Source: an uncultured Candidatus Binatia bacterium (GTDB lineage Bacteria; Desulfobacterota; Binatia; UBA9968; CAXXLF01). Taken from it: a stretch of 64,000 bases of DNA. The notes beneath the pieces are model-generated. The model was not told the DNA's origin. It saw only the letters and a list, made by a program, of their open reading frames with translations, and made no database searches. The DNA lies in assembly GCA_965218425.1 (NCBI GenBank), contig OZ244621.1, forward strand, positions 672,001-736,000, read 5' to 3'. Positions 50,652 to 60,578 of the stretch are shown piece by piece (the first letter of the stretch is position 1; each line of letters opens with the position of its first letter). The position numbers and the translations under genes were made by a program.

Positions 50652-51741
50652 TGGAGAGCCGCATAATATAATGACATTGGATAAGAACTTAATGTATAGT
50701 GGTGGTATGGGAAACCCACTTGGAGTGCGACGGGACTTTGAAGCATTGGAGCGGCGGTGGATGGAGGCGGGGAGGCTGTTGAAGCGAGGGCTGTCGGAGG
50801 CGGAGGTGGCGCGTTGGGTGGGAGTGCACCGCCAGTCGGTGAATCGATGGGCGCGGCAGTTGGCCGAGAGCGGCAGAGCCGGGCTCAAGCAGGCGGGGCG
50901 TGCCGGACGCAAGCCGCGACTGAGCCCGGCGGATCTGAAGAAGATCGAGGGCGGTTTGAAACGGGGACCCGAAGCGCTGGGGTACGACACGAGCCTGTGG
51001 ACCGCAAGGCGAGTGGCCCACTTGATTGGGGAAGCCTGCGGAGTCACATACCATCCGGGCCATGTTTGGCGGATATTGCGGCAGTTGGGGTGGAGTTGCC
51101 AGCGGCCGACGGGACGTGCCTTGGAACGAGATGAAGAGGCGATCCGGCAGTGGAAGAAGAAGCGCTGGCCGGAGATTAAAAAAAAGCCCGAAACGAGGGG
51201 CGAACCATAGTGTTCGTGGACGAAAGCGGGCTGAGCGAGCGGCCGAATCGGTATCGTACGTGGTCGCCCCGAGGACAGACGCCAGTGCTGCAATATCACT
51301 TCAACTGGAAGAGTCTGTCGGCCATCGCCGGAGTCACCTGGTGGCGCTTGTACTTTCGAGTGTATCCGGGAGCCATCAAGAGCCCCCAGATCATCGAATT
51401 CCTGAAGCACTTGATGCGTCATGTTTCCGGGCCGCTGCTGGTAGTGTGGGACGGACTGCCCAGCCACCGGAGCCGGTTGGTTCGGGACTTTGTTGCCGCT
51501 ACCGAAGGCGCGTTGGTGCTGGAACGGTTGCCGGCCTATGCACCGGAACTGAATCCCGTCGAATACCTCTGGGGATACTGGAAGCATCATGAACTGCCCA
51601 ACTTCTGTGCCAAGGACTTCGCTCAACTCAGCCACCATGCTCGTCGCGCCCTTTGCCGAATGCGCCGCAGGCCTCGTCTCGTTACCGCCTTCTGGAAACA
51701 GTCCAGCCTTTTCTGATGTCATTATATTATACGAGGATCAA
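50652..51741 (+). mobile_element. IS630-family insertion sequence with TA duplication
   Basis: TA at 50650-50651 and 51742-51743. 26 bp imperfect IRs share ATAATATAATGACAT. Confidence 0.9.
50707..51716 (+). CDS. IS630 transposase, two ORFs joined by a probable -1 frameshift at A8G (51178-51186)
   Basis: HTH ORF plus DDE ORF (VDES, WDG---H, YAPELNPVE). The -1 frame reads KARNEGRTIVFVDES. Confidence 0.88.
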
Positions 51742-53974
51742 TAAAGCCGTAGGGGCACCTGTTCCCAGGGCGGAAGGACCTCAAAAGGTCACCGGTCAGG
51801 CCGTTTATACAGCGGACGTAAAACTTCCAGGCATGCTCTGGGGCAAGATTCTTCGTAGCTCCCATCCCCACGCTCGCATTCGTCGTATTGATACTGCCAA
51901 GGCCCGCCAAGTGACCGGTGTCAGGGCCATTGTCACCGGTCTGGATATCTCCGGCCGGCTCATGGGTAAGTTGATTCGTGACATGCCTGTTCTCTGCTGG
52001 GACGTGGTTCGATTTATCGGAGATCGAGTTGCCGCCGTGGCTGCTGACACACCCGAAGCCGCAGACGAAGCTCTGGAGCTGATCTCCGTGGACTACGAGG
52101 AGCTAGAAGCGGTCTACGATCCCATCAAGGCCATGGAACTTGACGCTCCACGCATCCATGAAAACGTCGCTGGCTACGACGGTGCCCCTAAAACCCGACT
52201 CGCCGCAGATGTACCCAATGGCCTGACGCGACTGGCGTGGCAGAAGGGCGACGTGAAGCAAGGACTTCGTGCGGCTGACATGGTATTGGAGCATACATTT
52301 CGTATCCCCGGCCGGCACCAAGGTTATATCGAGCCTCACGCTACCGTCGTCGCTATCGAACCCAATGGCAAGATTCAAGTCTGGGCTTCCACCAAACACC
52401 CCTTTGGCAATCGTTCTCAAATGGCAAAGACCCTGGAAATCCCGGAGGACCGAATCTGTTTTAATGCCGTGAATTTGGGGGGAGAGTTTGGGGGAAAAGG
52501 GGACGCGTCAGATGCAGCCGTTGCCTATTTTCTTGCCCAGCAGGCGGCAAGGCCGGTGAAAATGGTCATGACCTCGGCTGAGGAGCTTACTGCGGGTAAT
52601 CCGGCCCATCCCACAGTGGTCACCGTGAAATCCGGAGTAACGCGAGATGGCCGCATCACCGCCCGTTCTCTACGGGCCGTCCACGCAAGCGGCGCCTACG
52701 GCGCCCTTAAGCCCAATGCTACCCTGTCCACGTGGAATTATGTCGGCGGACCCTACCGGGTGGATCATGCCTATTCGGAGTTTTTTCAGATCTACACGAA
52801 CACGGTGCCTGGCGGCTATTTTCGTGGGCCGGGCGGCCTGGCCACCTTCTTTGCCCTGGAATCACACACAGACATCGTTGCCAAGGAGTTGGGCATGGAC
52901 CCCGCCGAATTCCGGCTTAAAAACCTCATTGGCGAAGGCGAAAAGGACACCACAGGGCAGCGGCTCCAGAGTGTGAGATTCCGTGAGGTCCTTCAAGCAG
53001 CGTTGACTGCGGCTAGTTGGAAGGTATCCAAGCCACACGCCAACCGAGGAAAAGGCATTGCGCTGTTTGGGCGCCACACTGGTGCCGGCGATGCCGGGGT
53101 GGCCGTCACTGCTGAACCCGACGGCACCTTCACCGTCATAAGCCCAACGTTTGATCAGGGAGCTGGCGCTCATACCATCTTGCAGCAACTCGTGGCTGAC
53201 GAAATGACAGTCCCCCTCACGCAAGTAAGAGTCACAGCGGGGAACACAGACACTGCTCCCTACGATTCCGGCGCCCGGTCCAGCCGGGGAACCTACGTTG
53301 CAAGCCACGCGGTCATCGAAGCGTGCGGGCAGCTTCGCACCGATCTCTTGTCAAAAGCAGCCCAACTATTGGAATGCCAACCGGAAGAAGTGGACTTTCA
53401 AAATGGTAAGTTTCGACTTCGAGAGGACCCGAACCAACAAGTGGGTCTGAGACAACTCCTAGTTCGAACTCAGGGTCCCCTCACTGTCACCGTGCAAGAG
53501 AATCTTCCTCAACCTACCGATGTAACCTACTTCTGCGCACAGGTTGCCGACGTGGAGGTGAATCCGCAAACCGGAACCCTACGGGTGCACCGCATCGTGA
53601 CCGCCCACGACGTAGGAACAATTATAAACCCCATCATGCACCAGGGCCAAATCGAGGGTGGCGTTGTCATGGGCTTGGGCCAAGCCTGCATGGAAGAACT
53701 GATTATAGAGAATGGCCGGGTGACCAATGCTAACGCCGGCGACTATAAAATGCCCACGGTAGCGGACATCCCTAAACTCAAAACAGTCCTTGTACGCTCT
53801 GGGGGCGGCCCGGCGCCCTACCATGCCAAGGCCATTGGCGAACTGTCCAACAACAGTCCTCCGGCTGCCATCGCCAACGCCGTAGCCAATGGCGTAGGGG
53901 TACGACTATTCGAGCTGCCTATCACCGCTGAACGCATTTACAATGCACTGCGTGGCGATAATGCACGTCAATAA
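51716..53974 (+). CDS. Xanthine dehydrogenase family large subunit; native start at 50639 separated by IS630
   Basis: KVTGQAVY, GGEFGGK, YFRGPG, DQG, GQIEGG, KAIGE. Removing the IS restores MSTLKAVGAPVPR. Confidence 0.85.
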   Translation: MSLYYTRINKAVGAPVPRAEGPQKVTGQAVYTADVKLPGMLWGKILRSSHPHARIRRIDTAKARQVTGVRAIVTGLDISGRLMGKLIRDMPVLCWDVVRFIGDRVAAVAADTPEAADEALELISVDYEELEAVYDPIKAMELDAPRIHENVAGYDGAPKTRLAADVPNGLTRLAWQKGDVKQGLRAADMVLEHTFRIPGRHQGYIEPHATVVAIEPNGKIQVWASTKHPFGNRSQMAKTLEIPEDRICFNAVNLGGEFGGKGDASDAAVAYFLAQQAARPVKMVMTSAEELTAGNPAHPTVVTVKSGVTRDGRITARSLRAVHASGAYGALKPNATLSTWNYVGGPYRVDHAYSEFFQIYTNTVPGGYFRGPGGLATFFALESHTDIVAKELGMDPAEFRLKNLIGEGEKDTTGQRLQSVRFREVLQAALTAASWKVSKPHANRGKGIALFGRHTGAGDAGVAVTAEPDGTFTVISPTFDQGAGAHTILQQLVADEMTVPLTQVRVTAGNTDTAPYDSGARSSRGTYVASHAVIEACGQLRTDLLSKAAQLLECQPEEVDFQNGKFRLREDPNQQVGLRQLLVRTQGPLTVTVQENLPQPTDVTYFCAQVADVEVNPQTGTLRVHRIVTAHDVGTIINPIMHQGQIEGGVVMGLGQACMEELIIENGRVTNANAGDYKMPTVADIPKLKTVLVRSGGGPAPYHAKAIGELSNNSPPAAIANAVANGVGVRLFELPITAERIYNALRGDNARQ

Positions 53975-54032
53975 ACACTGACCGAACACAATGATCTATC
54001 GACGTGGGAATCCATCCTCGAATCAGAATCCG

Positions 54033-54061
54033 TTGACAATCAAACGCTCTCTTGTTAGTTT
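54033..54061 (+). promoter_or_regulatory. Sigma70-like promoter
   Basis: TTGACA-17-TAGTTT with an extended TG, upstream of the LLM gene. Confidence 0.5.
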
Positions 54062-54082
54062 CTTCCCTCTTGGTGATTTAGG

Positions 54083-55162
54083 ATGAAATTTGCGCATTTT
54101 TCACATTGCTGGAACAAACCCGGCATGACTGCGGCTCAGCGCTACGAGCAGCTGTGGCGCGAACTGGCGCTCGCCGACGAGCTTGGATTCGAATTCGGAT
54201 TTACTGTGGAGCATCATTTCAACCCACGGGAGAGTTGTATGGTCTCCCCACCGGTCTATTGCACCGCCGGCGCCGTCCACACGCGACAGATGCGCCTCGG
54301 TCCCATGGGTTATGTGGTCCCCCTCTACGATCCTCTGCGCATCGCCGAGGAGGCGGCGGCACTGGACAATGCCACCAACGGCCGCCTGGAACTCGGCCTC
54401 GTTTCGGGAATCATACCTGACTTCTTTGGACCCTATAAGGCAGACTTTCAGAACCGCAGGGCCATCGCCAACGAGGGAATGGCCCTGGTAAAAACCGCAC
54501 TCACCTCGCAGGGCGCATTCAACTTCGAGGGAGACTTTCACCAGTATAAAGATGTAATCATGTCAGTGAAGCCACTACAGAAGCCGCACCCGCCGTTCTG
54601 GATGCAGTCCCGGGATGCCGACACGTTGGCGCTATTGGCCAAGGAGGGTGTCCACACCGGTTATCTATTCTTCCTGCCCAGAGCGGACACGGCGCCGCGG
54701 TACCGTCAGTATTTGCAATGGTGGCAACAGGCCGGACACCCGGACAAACCAAATATCGGTTACTGGGCCTTGGTGTACGTGGATGAGACGGACGAAAAAG
54801 CACGAGCCCAGGCTGCGCCCCATATCGTCCATGCATTTACCAAGGTCTTCGGTACGACACCTGATGGCAGGATCCCCCACTTACGGCTGGCTGAAAACTA
54901 TGAAAAGAGAGGAGAACCGGGGGCAGCCGAGATTGCCAGGAACCTGATTGACGTTAACTACCTCCTCGATCGCAATCTCGCGTTCGTGGGTTCTCCGGAT
55001 ACTGTGGCCCGCCAATTGAAGGCTGCCGCAGGTGAAGGACTTTTCAATACTATCTTTGGAGAGTTTAATTTTGGGGCCCTGGCCGAAGAAGATCTCATGC
55101 GCTCCATCAAACTCTTCGGCACCGAAGTTTTACCCCGCCTGCGGGATTACCGCCCGTACTAG
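54083..55162 (+). CDS. Luciferase-like (LLM) flavin-dependent oxidoreductase
   Basis: EHHF, PLRIAEE---LD---GRLELG, PLQKPHPP, GSPD-V. Confidence 0.9.
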   Translation: MKFAHFSHCWNKPGMTAAQRYEQLWRELALADELGFEFGFTVEHHFNPRESCMVSPPVYCTAGAVHTRQMRLGPMGYVVPLYDPLRIAEEAAALDNATNGRLELGLVSGIIPDFFGPYKADFQNRRAIANEGMALVKTALTSQGAFNFEGDFHQYKDVIMSVKPLQKPHPPFWMQSRDADTLALLAKEGVHTGYLFFLPRADTAPRYRQYLQWWQQAGHPDKPNIGYWALVYVDETDEKARAQAAPHIVHAFTKVFGTTPDGRIPHLRLAENYEKRGEPGAAEIARNLIDVNYLLDRNLAFVGSPDTVARQLKAAAGEGLFNTIFGEFNFGALAEEDLMRSIKLFGTEVLPRLRDYRPY

Positions 55163-55812
55163 TAAGAACTTACTGCAGAAGCGCCGGATTGCTCTTCCCC
55201 TTGGGGTGAAAATTTGTCAATTCTGTTTGGCCTCGGAGCCGCTCTGGGCCTGGCTTTGCTCAGTGATGGGCCGCTAGAATGAAATTAAAGAGCTATTTAA
55301 AAGTGTCCTACGGGTTGTTGGACGAAGAAAAACGGCGGCCCTGATGTGGACCGCCCCCTTCAGTTTGCACGTTGCCATCCGGCTTCATGGGAAAGAGCCG
55401 GGGGAGCCATTCGACTCTTCCTGGCTCGGATTGTATGTGCAGCGGTGGGTCAGCTCAGAGTTACCCTAAAGCAGCCCCCCTACAAGGATTTATGCCGACA
55501 CTATGGTCCGTACGTTCCTTCTCCTGGGATGCCGAAACATAACCATACCTCCGGCGTCGCATAAACTCGGCAACTCTCATCCATGCCCCTGTCGCAGATA
55601 CCGGGCAGTTGGTTTTCATCCCTGTTGTTACACGGGCGGATGAATCCCTGCAAAATTATAGGAGATTCTTTTGAGGCTGTTTTTATTCAGCCCAATGGAG
55701 GTAGAAAAATCTTACCCCATAAATGCTGTTTGCCTCGGCTGGGGACTGTCACAAGGCATCTAACTGCCTGCAATCTTTTCAGAACAATCAGAAACTAGCT
55801 GATTGGTGGGAA

Positions 55813-55853
55813 AGGTAAGTTTTTTCTTACCTGAGGTAATATAAATCTTACCT
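55813..55853. promoter_or_regulatory. Tandem palindromic binding sites AGGTAA-N7-CTTACCT (candidate enhancer UAS)
   Basis: Two palindromes 21 bp apart; a third degenerate copy at 55700-55716. Confidence 0.55.
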
Positions 55854-56052
55854 TTTCTTTGGGTCGAGCTGGTCTATGTGAGACCGCTCCCTAGTGTTAG
55901 GAAGGCGAATACACCGACATCATCTGGAAAAGAGCTGTCAATTATCCCCAGAACGCAATTAAACGACGCATTGATTGCATCTTGTCAAAGCCGAACTAAA
56001 AGGCTTACAAAGCGTGCAGCGTTTGCAGGTTTTGGGTTGGATTTCTCTTGTT

Positions 56053-56069
56053 AAGGCAACGGCATTGCA
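56053..56069 (+). promoter_or_regulatory. Sigma54 -24/-12 promoter with no downstream gene
   Basis: AGGCAACGGCATTGCA (GG-N10-GC). Confidence 0.5.
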
Positions 56070-56101
56070 ACAGAATCATGCAAAATACTGACAGGTCAAT
56101 A

Positions 56102-57725
56102 CGGTCTGTTGCCCAAACGTCGGTTCAATAGCGCAATAGATCCAATCGAGCTATAACGTGTTTGTTTGCTCAAGCTATGACGGCTTGCTGCAAGACCATT
56201 GGATGGGGGGCCGCAAAGCGAATGGCCGCCCTCGTTGCTGCAGCCAATACGGCTCTGGGTTTTGGCCGTGTATGAACAATCATCAGCTGGATGTTGTGCA
56301 CAACGGCAATCAAGTAATCCTGAATCTGAACCCGCCAACGACCACGCCACCGCGCTCGTTTCAGTCCGTATCGTTTCCCTTGAGCAAACGATCGTTCCAT
56401 GAAATGCTGACGAACCTTGATATCTCTTCTTGCTGCTTGACTCCGTGCCCGGCTACGCACGCTATCCAATATCTCCTGGCGCTCATGGCGTTTGATGGTT
56501 CGCCCCGCACTTTGACAGTGAGTGCATTGGAGCCGCAAGGCACACTGCTGACACACCCCGCGGCTCGTCACGTACTCAAACGCTTTGCGCTCCACCCAGT
56601 GCTTACGCCGCCTAAGCGGTTGCCCTGCCGGACATGTATAAGTGTCGGTTTCTGGGTCATAAACAAACATACTTTCAGGAAATATCTTGCTCCGACGCTC
56701 CTGCTTATCCTGAGTCTGTTTCAATACCGCAATGTGAGCCATTACCCCACGGTCATAGCACTCCAGAAAATTAGCTGTAGTCCCGTACTTGCTGTCGGCT
56801 ACCACCACCTGGGCACTGCGTTGGGTATGGGCCTGATGATCCTTAAGGAGATCTGTCATGCGATGTGCTTCATTCTCATCCCCAGGGCCAACCATCGTCG
56901 CGGTAATCACCCCATACGCACCGTCAATCCCTCGGTGGGTCTGATAACGCAAATTAGAGTTCCCTTTCTTTCCCTTGCGTAGCACCGAGGCATCTGGATC
57001 GGTCGCCGACACGTAGCGCTGGTTGACAACGTTTTGCCGGGCAGGGTTCTGCGGTGGATCCTCATGCTTGTCCTCTCTTGCCTGTTCCCGCTCCTCCAAT
57101 CGCCCCTCCAACTCCTTGTATGCTGGCCTCAGGTAACGTTTAAGCCCCTGGGTGTCTATGATCGAGTGGCTCGATGCATCCGCAGCAATCAAACTGGAGT
57201 CGCAAAATAGCTTACTCCCGTCTACTAACCCGCTCTCCACACACTGCCACACTACTGGTTCGAAAAAGGAGCGAAACCACTCTACCCCCCAACGCCTCCT
57301 CGCCTTGCTCAGAACGCTGTGCTCGGGTATCTCCGAATCCAACTCCAATCCCAGAAACCACAACCAGTCCAGCCGCTCCGGTAATGTCGCCATCAACTCC
57401 CGCTCGCTACCAACGTTGTACAGCACCAAAAGCATCATCAGCTTTAATATCATTGGCGGTGCAATCGATACGTTGCCGTTGTATCCATATCGATCCTTGA
57501 CTTCTTGGTACACAAAATCAAAATCCACCATCCGTGCTACTTTGCGTAACACGTGGTCCGCTCGTATTCGTTTCTCCAGATTGATCCCTGTGTAGAACAG
57601 TGAAGGCTGAGGGGGGGGTTGATGACCCATCATAGCTTTGCTCCCTAAGTACCGAAATAACTGAGAGCATTATAACCAGAGGGCTCTCTTAACGCATTAA
57701 AAATATCGATTTGGGCAACAGACCG
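56102..57725 (-). mobile_element. IS1182-family insertion sequence, copy 2
   Basis: Perfect 16 bp IR CGGTCTGTTGCCCAAA. Confidence 0.92.
56170..57633 (-). CDS. IS1182-family transposase
   Basis: Protein identical to 23097-24560. Confidence 0.92.
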   Translation of the reverse strand: MMGHQPPPQPSLFYTGINLEKRIRADHVLRKVARMVDFDFVYQEVKDRYGYNGNVSIAPPMILKLMMLLVLYNVGSERELMATLPERLDWLWFLGLELDSEIPEHSVLSKARRRWGVEWFRSFFEPVVWQCVESGLVDGSKLFCDSSLIAADASSHSIIDTQGLKRYLRPAYKELEGRLEEREQAREDKHEDPPQNPARQNVVNQRYVSATDPDASVLRKGKKGNSNLRYQTHRGIDGAYGVITATMVGPGDENEAHRMTDLLKDHQAHTQRSAQVVVADSKYGTTANFLECYDRGVMAHIAVLKQTQDKQERRSKIFPESMFVYDPETDTYTCPAGQPLRRRKHWVERKAFEYVTSRGVCQQCALRLQCTHCQSAGRTIKRHERQEILDSVRSRARSQAARRDIKVRQHFMERSFAQGKRYGLKRARWRGRWRVQIQDYLIAVVHNIQLMIVHTRPKPRAVLAAATRAAIRFAAPHPMVLQQAVIA

Positions 57726-57996
57726 AAAAGACTTGACCCCTTCGCCATTTACGCCAGAAATCAGCCATCGGGTCATGCGGGTCAGCTTTAGGCGCCCGCG
57801 CCCGGCACGAAGGCTCCTCCACGGCAGAGTTTAAACACCCGATAGGATACGCGAACCTCACACGATTTGTGAAACTAAAAGATTTTGGGGTATGGGATAT
57901 TTCAATTTGGGCAAATGCGCGGCGGTGGCGTTGTCAGACTAACTGGATAAGGATTCGACCCGCCGACGAGGCAGACCGGACACAGGGGACATCAGC

Positions 57997-58034
57997 GATG
58001 TACCCTTGACGTACATCATCCAACTTGTTATCTT
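57997..58034 (+). promoter_or_regulatory. higBA promoter and operator
   Basis: TTGACG-17-TATCTT, with GATGTAC-N7-GTACATC spanning the -35 element. Confidence 0.6.
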
Positions 58035-58042
58035 GGCAGGAA

Positions 58043-58330
58043 GTGATCCTCGGCTATCGAGACAGGAAGACGCGGGCGTTCGCCGAAGGACGGTCGGTCA
58101 AGGCGTTCCGCAGCTTCGAGAGCCAGGCCGCGAGACGGCTCGCCATCCTGAATGCTGCGCCTTCGCTCGATACCCTGCGGTCCCTGCCGGGAAACCACCT
58201 CGAAGCGCTCAGGGGCGACAGAATGGGCCGGTACTCCATTCGCATCAATCGGCAATGGAGACTGTGTTTCGAGTGGCCGGCCGGCCAGGCAGGACCGCAC
58301 AACGTTGAGATCGTGGACTACCACGGATGA
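58043..58330 (+). CDS. higB: HigB-family toxin
   Basis: RRL--L-AA, PGNHLEALRGDR-GRYSIRIN-QWR, VEIVDYH. Confidence 0.9.
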   Translation: MILGYRDRKTRAFAEGRSVKAFRSFESQAARRLAILNAAPSLDTLRSLPGNHLEALRGDRMGRYSIRINRQWRLCFEWPAGQAGPHNVEIVDYHG

Positions 58331-58346
58331 CAAGGAGGAAGGTCCG

Positions 58347-58664
58347 ATGTTCATGAGAGCAGTGCATCCCGGCGAGATCCTGAAGGGCGAGCTGGAAGAA
58401 CTGGGGATCACCCCGACGGAGTTCGCACGGCAGATTGACGTGCCCCCTAACCGGGTGAGCCAGATCATCGCAGGCAAGCGTTCGGTCACCGGCGACACCG
58501 CGCTACGCTTCGGCCACTGGTTCGGCGGCGACCCCCAATTCTGGCTCAACCTTCAGGCGCAGTACGACCTGGTTCAAGCCCACAGGGAGACGGGCGCCGA
58601 GATCCGCCATCTGCCGACCAGGGCCGGAACTCCGGGTAAGGGTGCCGCGCCGGGAATCGCATGA
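58347..58664 (+). CDS. higA: HigA-family antitoxin
   Basis: VHPGEIL, GKRSVTGDTALRF, FWLNLQ--YDL. Confidence 0.9.
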   Translation: MFMRAVHPGEILKGELEELGITPTEFARQIDVPPNRVSQIIAGKRSVTGDTALRFGHWFGGDPQFWLNLQAQYDLVQAHRETGAEIRHLPTRAGTPGKGAAPGIA

Positions 58665-58749
58665 ACGGCAGCGAGAGCAAGGGTGCGGCTCGAGCAACGG
58701 GACGGGACCGATGAGGAAAGCGGACGGCGCGGTCGTGGAACCGGCGCGC

Positions 58750-58950
58750 GGCGCCGGGACAAGTTGCGCGGATGGGGAGACGGACGGATCACCTGCCGCG
58801 CTATGCCAAGGGCAGGGGCGGGCAGTCTTCGGAGGTGCCGGCGATCTACGGCGATGCAAGGCTCGGCAAGCTGCCCAGGCATCTGAGGCATTGAGCGCGG
58901 TCGATGCACGGCCCTTCCAGAGGCTTTGCATGGGCGATTTACGGGTCATT
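58750..58950 (+). repeat. ~200 bp dispersed repeat, copy 2 (see 306-519)
   Basis: Manual alignment. Confidence 0.85.
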
Positions 58951-59021
58951 TCGCCCCGGAATTTCTCGGATTTTCCCAGCCATTTTCAATTATTTTTGAT
59001 CCGCTGCGCCGACGAGCGCCT

Positions 59022-59162
59022 CGTCGATGGCATTTAGCTGAGCGTATCGTTTGTGACAGTCTATCCCGACGTAAAGCATGGGGTCTTCTCCTTTCAGGTA
59101 TGACGGCCGCTACAACCACCATCCTACTGGAGCTTGACGCCTTTTTCATGTTACCTGACCCC
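59022..59162 (-). mobile_element. GGGGTCAGGTAACATG / IS110 left-end unit with truncated transposase start
   Basis: Reverse complement aligns with 7876-8016; encodes MLYVGIDCHKRYAQLNAID. Confidence 0.8.
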
Positions 59163-59313
59163 CCATTACCGCGACGGGGAATCCGGAAGTAGAAACTGGA
59201 AGACCCTGACAGACTGATCTGGGCCTGAGTCGCCGGGCGAAAGCGGCGGTGGAGATGGATTCGAGTACACAGATCCCTCGCAGCGACGGGTGCTGTTCGC
59301 CGTGTAGCGGCTG

Positions 59314-59850
59314 TCAGTGCCGGTAGCCCCTGAGCCGGTCGTAACCCTCAATCTGCTCGCCCGTGAGTTCGCGGGTACTCTCGATGTGCGCGAGCAAGTG
59401 GATCGCCTGAAGCTGTCCGCGCATGATGCCTAGATGTTCGGTAACGCGCTTCACTTCCGCCGCCGTCGGCTGTCCTGAAGTAAACAGGTTCGCAAGGTGG
59501 AACTCCGCTTTGAGTATGTCTTCACCTTTGGCAATTGCCTGGGTGCTCATCTTCTTATGAATCGCCTCGATACGCTCGATCTGTGCGTGGTTGAGATCGA
59601 GTTCCGACATGAGTTCGAGAAGATGCTTCGGCCCAGGGAAGTGGTTCAACTCGGCGGCTCGCGCAAGGCCCATGCCTTCGCCGTTCCGCAACTCGCGCAC
59701 TTCATCGGGCGTAAGGCTTGAAACTTCGGTGCTCTGAGCATGCGCATAGGACGATGTCTTGTGAGTATGCTGTGCCAGTGCGGAAGTTGAAGCGGCGGCG
59801 AACAGGCTGATCCAGCCAAACAGCCTGAACATGGCGGTAGGTGTCGTCAT
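59314..59850 (-). CDS. Periplasmic Spy/CpxP-like (heavy-metal sensor-like) protein
   Basis: Signal peptide, GMGLARAAELNHFPGPKH, LT-EQ--GY--LRGY. Confidence 0.7.
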   Translation of the reverse strand: MTTPTAMFRLFGWISLFAAASTSALAQHTHKTSSYAHAQSTEVSSLTPDEVRELRNGEGMGLARAAELNHFPGPKHLLELMSELDLNHAQIERIEAIHKKMSTQAIAKGEDILKAEFHLANLFTSGQPTAAEVKRVTEHLGIMRGQLQAIHLLAHIESTRELTGEQIEGYDRLRGYRH

Positions 59851-59992
59851 TGATCGACTCCGTGATCGAGAAACGGGAGACCGGCACTGTTGCCTGCTTC
59901 AGAACCCGGCCGCCGCGCCAGCCTCTTTCCAGGTCCTGGGTCTCTGTCTGCTCTCATCGGTTCTCACCTCCACGCCCTACACTAATTCCAAT

Positions 59993-60173
59993 AAAGGGGT
60001 CAAATCTTTTATTGACAAATAACATCTTCCGGATTTTCCAGCCGCCTCCGAAATCTTCCATCCGCCTCACGCTTTAATTGAATCCCATGGCGCGTCCAGC
60101 CCACCGCACCGTAACTCTTCACTCCAGACTCCCCGGCTGCTTCCACCAACGTCATATCGCTTAGCCTCTTCAT
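59993..60173 (+). repeat. GGGGTCA-type end, family 2 (RAYT 3' remnant)
   Basis: Direct repeat of 19351-19530. Confidence 0.9.
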
Positions 60174-60287
60174 TCGCCGACGCCTCATTTTTATCTTCAT
60201 CCACTTGCCGGCTTCAACCCCGTTTGTTCTTGTCTCTTTTGAGTATTGACTCGCCATTGTGCCGGTTTTTCTTTATCTCACAAAGGG

Positions 60288-60500
60288 ATGCGTTGGGTCG
60301 CAATCCCGCTAGCCCTTGCCGTTCTTTTCATTTCCGTCAGCGCCACTCAAGCACGATCTCCCCGAATCCGGGAGACTACCCTCGAAAACGGGCTCAAGGT
60401 GTTTGTTCTGGAGAATCACAAGAGCCCCGCTGTCACCTTCCAGGTACCTCAGGGGAAGATCCACGAATACATCCCCAACGGCGAACCGGCCGTTCGGTAG
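60288..60500 (+). pseudogene. M16 (pitrilysin-like) peptidase N-terminal stub
   Basis: Signal peptide, ETTLENGLKV---ENHKSPAVTFQV, then loses similarity before the HxxEH motif. Confidence 0.7.
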
Positions 60501-60578
60501 TCTTCTCACTTTCCCGTCCTCACCTCTTTCCCAATTTCATACTCTGCTCTAAAATTGTTTCCATAGGAGCGCCAAGCG

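Noticed and set aside
50649..51722. 357-aa antisense ORF across IS630, and the 274-aa antisense ORFs in IS1182
   Set aside because: Shadow ORFs of the transposases with no motifs.
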